From: Amoebophrya sp. A120
Taxonomy: Eukaryota; Protista; Dinoflagellata
Assembly: GCA_905178155.1 (NCBI GenBank)
Contig: CAJINV010000002.1
Span: 8,939,412 to 9,003,411 of the forward strand
Reading direction: 5' to 3'
Length of the DNA: 64,000 bases
Shown here in pieces: positions 63,332 to 64,000 of the stretch. The notes beneath the pieces are model-generated. The model did no database searches, was not told where the DNA came from, and saw only the letters and a program-made list of their open reading frames with translations. Each line of letters begins with the position of its first letter. The first letter of the stretch is position 1. The translations under genes were made by a program, and so were the position numbers.

Positions 63332-64000
63332 TTACTGCCAGACGAGATCTTCTGCCTCTTCCACTACTCTGCCGGAGCTACCACGTTCGCCCCAATCAAT
63401 CCTAGATCCCAGCAGCGTCGCGGAAGGCTTTCCCTTCGCTTTGCTCGAAGAGCTTTTGCTTTGCTCGGTTTTGCCTGTGCTTTGCCTGCCACTGTCCTCA
63501 ACATGATCATCTTCCGACAAAACTACTGCAGCGTCAGAAGAAAACACGCGCAACGCCTCACCTTCCATTTTGTTCACGATGGCAACAATGTTCGTTCCAT
63601 TCGTTCCGAAGTAGTACGACTCCATGATTCCGTGGCTGGGCGTGTTGACGGGCACCGGCGTCCCCGGAAAGCGAAAGAAGCCCAGCTCGTCGTTAAACAC
63701 CTTCGCCGGCATCTTCACCGTACCCCTCCCGCCGTTTGTCTTGCTGTTTTCAATCAAGATTTTCTGCACAAAGTAGTCGCCGAGCTCGCGCATGGCCTTC
63801 AAGGCCGGGAACGAGTGGATGGGCTTCTGCAACGGGAAGTCGCTATCGTCAAAATCTTCGCGGTATTCGAAGGTGTTTTTCTCCGGGTGGAACTGGGCCG
63901 CAATCATGGGGTACTGCCGCGCTTCTGCCAACGCGATGAACCCTATATTCTTGCGGTCGTGCCCGAGGGCGATCACCTTCCAGAAGTTGTTTACCCGGGT
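63332..64000 (-). CDS. Gamma-glutamyl hydrolase (peptidase C26)-like, C-terminal part; 5' end outside the window
   Basis: FIALAEARQYPMIAAQFHPEKNTFE matches the class I amidotransferase-fold His-Pro-Glu motif context of GGH. Confidence 0.78.
   Translation of the reverse strand, partial: TRVNNFWKVIALGHDRKNIGFIALAEARQYPMIAAQFHPEKNTFEYREDFDDSDFPLQKPIHSFPALKAMRELGDYFVQKILIENSKTNGGRGTVKMPAKVFNDELGFFRFPGTPVPVNTPSHGIMESYYFGTNGTNIVAIVNKMEGEALRVFSSDAAVVLSEDDHVEDSGRQSTGKTEQSKSSSSKAKGKPSATLLGSRIDWGERGSSGRVVEEAEDLVWQ

Overview
Eukaryotic, intron-containing window. All ~13 recognisable protein genes lie on the minus strand. In order: NIMA/NEK kinase (runs off the left edge), TFIIS-N-domain protein, PRA1, a ~1,700-aa pentameric ligand-gated channel-like protein, two low-complexity secreted/membrane proteins, an SPFH/band-7 protein, an exportin-5-like karyopherin, DDX41, a HIRA-C-like protein, lysyl-tRNA synthetase, a SAM mitochondrial carrier, eIF4A and a gamma-glutamyl hydrolase C-terminus. 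Unidirectional genes plus repeat-bounded non-canonical introns suggest a syndinian dinoflagellate such as Amoebophrya (inference). Main observations: (1) eight intragenic elements share one grammar: TAT...ATA termini, ~24-37-bp terminal inverted repeats (TIRs), 5-bp target duplications and a TGTCATGC-like internal motif; removing element + 5 nt restores the host frame with no consistent GT-AG. (2) A 5'-truncated RTE-like LINE is inserted in the terminus of one of them. (3) A Cys-less pLGIC is fused to a Venus-flytrap-like domain, an EGF-like module, an extra fifth TM helix and an EF-hand. (4) Three tandem U43/snR70-like C/D snoRNAs lie in an eIF4A intron. (5) LysRS has a mitochondrial-like presequence. 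All calls are by eye; no searches were run.
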